Shown here: piece after piece, positions 9,468 to 13,344 of the stretch
How positions within the stretch are numbered: the first letter of the stretch is position 1
Layout: each line of letters opens with the position of its first letter
Assembly: GCA_043228905.1 (NCBI GenBank)
Contig: JBHGNT010000961.1
Location: 1-13,344, forward strand
DNA length: 13,344 nt
Direction of reading: 5' to 3'
Source: Azolla caroliniana
Lineage: Eukaryota; Plantae; Polypodiophyta
Position numbers and translations under genes: made by a program
The notes under the pieces: generated by a model
Seen by the model: only the letters and a program-made list of their open reading frames with translations
Database searches by the model: none
Told to the model about the DNA's origin: nothing

Positions 9468-11230
9468 GTACGACTGGCCAACTACCGATATAGGCAGCGA
9501 TGGCGACGAGCTATGCCTTAATTTCCGATGTGCGACATCTCACTGGTTGGGATAGAGATTCTCCTGGTCTCATTCCATGGCGGCGGAAAGAGTCCTCGGC
9601 GTAAAGTTAAGATTAGAAGAAGTAGAGCGAAAGAAATATACTTGGAGGAGGGTCCCGAGAGAGAGTGTAACCCAGCAAGGACAACGGGAGGGTGCGAAGA
9701 AGCCCAATACTTCAACTAAAGGAGCGACCTTAGTTGGTTCACTAAACCCCAACCCAGCGCTACATGTTCTCCTGGGTCCCGCCGAGGATCCCTCAAGTGC
9801 CCTTGTCCCGACTTCTCCCGGGATAGGCGTTATCGAAGACAAGCCAGGAATGGCCGAAGTAAGTGGACACCCACCTTACCGGTTAGAGAGGCCCTCTTTA
9901 AGACATTCACCAAAATGTTCACAGGGGCTAGGAACACTCGATCGTAGGAACTTCCGTACACCACTTACGGATCGCTCCGGGGTACGCAACAACCTTGACC
10001 AAATCTACCAAACGAATCAGGCCTTCGGCCCCGATCACGTGCACTATCAGCTTTATCCAATACATGGTCTTGGATAAAGATTTGCTGTTTACTGCTTACG
10101 GAAACATCCGATGATCACACCCCACCCCTGCCACGGGAAATTATTCAGAACTTCAATCTTCCGAGAAGAGAGAGAAAGATTCGTAAAACTTTTCAGTCAA
10201 ACAAGATATTCGATCCACTTATATAGATATATCTATGTACATATGAATATGTACGTATTCTTTGCTCTCTATTTTGTAGAACCTTCGTTCTTCAAACCAA
10301 CCTTGCGGCGGGCCGGGCCGGGCCGGGCCGGGCCGGGCCGGGCCGGCGGCGTTCTCCTATTAAATCATTCCCACGATACGGGCAATATGATACTGGCATT
10401 ATCAATGTGTTAAGCGAGGAAAAACTGAAGATGGATTGGCTCTCAGCCAGCCAGCAGCAGAGTTACAGAGAGCGCCGCCCGCGCGCGGACCTTCTGATGG
10501 CCTACCTCGCCCCTAGACGAAAGGGCAACCATCTACACCTGAAATACTGTCGACAGTATTTGCTTGCGGCGGAACAACAAAAAAGAGTGCAGTCTCCCGC
10601 TTAACCGGAATTTGATAAGGTTTCGCAAGACACTTCAACATATACCTGACGTTAGCAAGGGGGAACCAAGGTTTCTGCCTCGGTTCCCCCGGCAGGCAGG
10701 CATTCTCGGAACGCCCGCATGATGAAAACCGCGCCGATGAAGCCGCTTAATGAACGATGCCCGGATGAAGCGGTGGGTGCGCAGGACCAGTGGAAATCCA
10801 TCGTGTCCGCAGCGAAGGCGCCGCAGAGCGACCCGATTATTAGATACTTATAGGTTATAAACCGTAAGCCTTCAGCCTTATGCAAATACCATCATGAACA
10901 AGTGGTCCTTAGAACAAGGTGAGAATGGGGGGAGAGCTACTAGAGGCGTTCCTTCTGCCGGCCTTCCCTTCAGTTGAGTGGCTGAAGCCCCGCCCCTGGC
11001 TGGTAAGCGCTATGCGCCATTCCTTTAACGTAATGAACGTTGAGGGCGCGCGCGCCCCCGATGCGATGCCCGCAGTTTTATTTCCAAAATGAAGATCGAG
11101 GTGGAAGGCCTCATAATGAGATAGGTTCAATAGTGTCCGTGCAAGCCGTATGCAGTGAAAGTCGCACGTACGGTTACGAGGGGGTTCGCGTCTATACGTG
11201 GAGTGTGGATGGGAGCCTATGTCGCCCTAT
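9468..11230 (+). mobile_element. Group II intron nad2i542g2 (1763 nt, cis) with degenerate maturase remnant and (GGCCG)7 at 10311-10345
   Basis: 5' GTACG; DV AAGCCGTATGCAGTGAAAGTCGCACGTACGGTT at 11143-11175; 3' end CCCTAT; RT0-like VLDKDLLFTAYGNIR at 10067-10111. Confidence 0.93.
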
Positions 11231-11397
11231 TTGTTCTATGATCTATGGGTCTACTGGAATCACTAACTTTGAAGAATCAGCCAAGACTTTCACTGGATAT
11301 GAAATCACTTTGCTCAGTGCTCAATCTAGTGGTATCTTTATGGGGATCCCATTCATTGCTGTAGGTTTCTTATCCAAGATTACTGCAGTTTCTTTTC
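11231..11397 (+). CDS. nad2: nad2 exon 3 (167 nt)
   Basis: CSMIYGSTGITNFEE...GIFMGIPFIAVGFLSKITAVSF; running total is 709 nt. Confidence 0.96.
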
Positions 11398-12547
11398 GAG
11401 CGGCCGTAAGACGGCCTGTGGGTACCGGCAGATTGCGGCCAATCTCAGTACTATCGGGGCGCCTTATGTTATGCTGCTGGAGCGTGGAACCCATCACTAC
11501 CTCGTAAGAGCGTGAGACTATAGCATGTTACAAAAGCGCGGTTGGGGGCTAGGAGGTGAAGGGCACCGCGCGAACTCTTCTATAGTGTCACACGAGAGAA
11601 GCCCGCCCGCCTGGCGAATCGAAGTTCCAGTCAACTGGCCACCTGGTTAACCTGTGCCACAAGCAAGCACAGTGGAAACGCGTTGGTGTGCTTCCTGCCT
11701 GTCGAGATTAAGCAGCGACAAGGTCTAGATTGGAGGAGCTGGAAACAGCTGCATGAAAGCCGATTACTCAACTCAACCCCTTGCTTGGCTTGGGGACAAT
11801 TAACGAAACGATATCCCGAGACACCAAAACCATAGGCTGTATCGGCGAGATCCAACGGTGAGCTAGATCCCCGGCTGGAAGTCATAGGACCTTTAGTACC
11901 CACTGCCGCATTCCGTGCGTGCCACTTCGGCCTTTATGTTACAAGCCGGCAAGAAGAGCGGCTCGAAAACCTGCCTGAAGGCGGGGAAGTGGGGCACAGC
12001 AAACGCTCCTTCACCTCATTCCGTTCAGGAAAGGGATAACCAGGAGCGCGCCGCGCGGGTCTTTGACCCCGAACAAAGCCTTTGGCCTTTGCTCGCGGAG
12101 CGAACTAACAAATTTCATTCTTTCAAGGAAACCTGCCGGATGGTAGTACGCCATCTTCACCTGCGGCGGAGAAAACCAAAGAAAGCGCCTTGTTCTCTTC
12201 TCGGCCTGAGAAAGCACTGGCAACAACGGAAAGGAAGGGGTCTATCTATCTAATACCTGCTTTTACTGAGCAGGTTTTATCCGTCCAAAATCCACTGCCG
12301 AATTAATTCCCGGTGACCTTATCCGACAGCGTGTGGAATGGCTGAAAGCGGCGGCGGACTCTCGGGTATATCTAATCCAAGTGTTGTAGGGTTAGAGAGC
12401 CGTATGATGGGCGACTATCACGTACGGTTCGGGGAGCACTGTAGTAGGTCATTCGGGAATTCTCTGAACTCTTCGCTAGGCAAACAGCGAGTGAACGACA
12501 GCTTTCTTTGCTGCACGGCTCGGTTAATGATTTACTTTCGACCCTAT
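11398..12547 (+). mobile_element. Group II intron nad2i709g2 (1150 nt, cis)
   Basis: 5' GAGCG; DV GAGCCGTATGATGGGCGACTATCACGTACGGTTC at 12397-12430; long DVI; 3' end CGACCCTAT. Confidence 0.93.
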
Positions 12548-13120
12548 ATGTGTGGGCACCTGATGTATACGAGGGTTTACCTACTCTGGTTACAGCATTT
12601 TTTCCCATTGCACCTAAAATATCTATTCCTGCCAATATGTTATGTGTTTCTCCCTATAGTTTCCACGATCTAACATGGTAACAACTCTTCCTTTTCTGCA
12701 GCATCGCTTTCATGATCCTAGGAGCACTGGCCGCTATGGCCTAAAAAGAAGTAAAAAGACTTTCAGCTTATAGCTCTATTGGACATGTAGGTTATCTTTC
12801 AATCGGTTTTTCACGTGGAATCACAGAAGGAATTTAATCACCACTAATTGGTATCTCTATTCATATATCAATGATCATTAATGTATTCGCTACAGTTTTA
12901 GCATTACGTTAAACCTGTGTCAAATATATAGCGGATTCAGGCGCTTTAGCCAAAACTAATCTTATTTCAGCTATTACTCCGTCCGTTACTATGTTTCTAT
13001 ACGCAGGAATACTCCCGTTAGCCGGCTTTCGTAGCAAATTCCATTTGTTCTTTGCCGCCCTGAGCTGTGGGGCTTATTTACTAGCTTTAATAGGGGTAGT
13101 TACTAGTGTCATCAGTCGTT
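12548..13120 (+). CDS. nad2: nad2 exon 4 (573 nt)
   Basis: (H)VWAPDVYEG...KRLSAYSSIGHVGY...YAGILPLAGFRSKF...GVVTSVIS; running total is 1282 nt; TAA at 12679, 12742, 12835 and 12910 need U-to-C editing. No intron at position 830. Confidence 0.96.
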
Positions 13121-13344
13121 GGGCGGCCGGAAGGGGTTGCCTAGAGTCAGTGTAAGAGACCTGCAGGCAGGCAGGGTCGTGCACCGGACGCGTAGCTTAC
13201 CAAAACGTCGCAGGACAGATGGAGAGAACGCATCTACGAAAGGGCAAGTGAGGGGGTGCCGCTAGGATCTCATGAACCTACCCAAGATCCTTGTATGAGT
13301 CCGCCGCTATCACTACACGAGATGAACCTAAGTTGCCGTAAATC
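13121..13344 (+). mobile_element. 5' part of group II intron nad2i1282g2 (runs off the window)
   Basis: Starts GGGCG immediately after cumulative nad2 nt 1282. Confidence 0.88.

Noticed and set aside
11631-12253. Intact intron-encoded protein in nad2i709 (ORFs of 71-112 aa)
   Set aside because: Short, on both strands, with no convincing RT motifs; at most unrecognisable remnants.
9151-12673. Track ORFs 9151-9354, 9370-9555, 11040-11507 and 12338-12673 as separate genes
   Set aside because: They are pieces of nad2 exons extended into introns or cut by editable stops, or an off-frame overlap with exon 4.

Overview
Land-plant mitochondrial DNA, most likely from a leptosporangiate fern. The signs are the fern-type atp1 intron at position 361, a cis-arranged nad2i542, and very heavy C-to-U plus U-to-C RNA editing. 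The supplied ORF track misses the real genes because their frames are broken by stop codons that editing must repair. Contents: five tRNA genes (trnI-CAU, trnQ-UUG, trnW-CCA, a bacterial-looking trnR-UCG, trnfM-CAU); the 3' part of group II intron atp1i361g2 with a cryptic RT/maturase-like frame; atp1 exon 2 (27 internal stops); and nad2 exons 1-4 with introns i156, i542, i709 and the start of i1282. The spacers are rich in 4-5 nt microsatellites and a dispersed ATGAA..TTCAT mini-hairpin family. Most notable: atp1 exon 1 and the 5' half of its intron are missing upstream (candidate trans-splicing), nad2 appears to start at ATA, and nad2i156 has co-varying non-canonical A...UU ends. All homology calls are from manual translation and recalled consensus motifs, not database searches.
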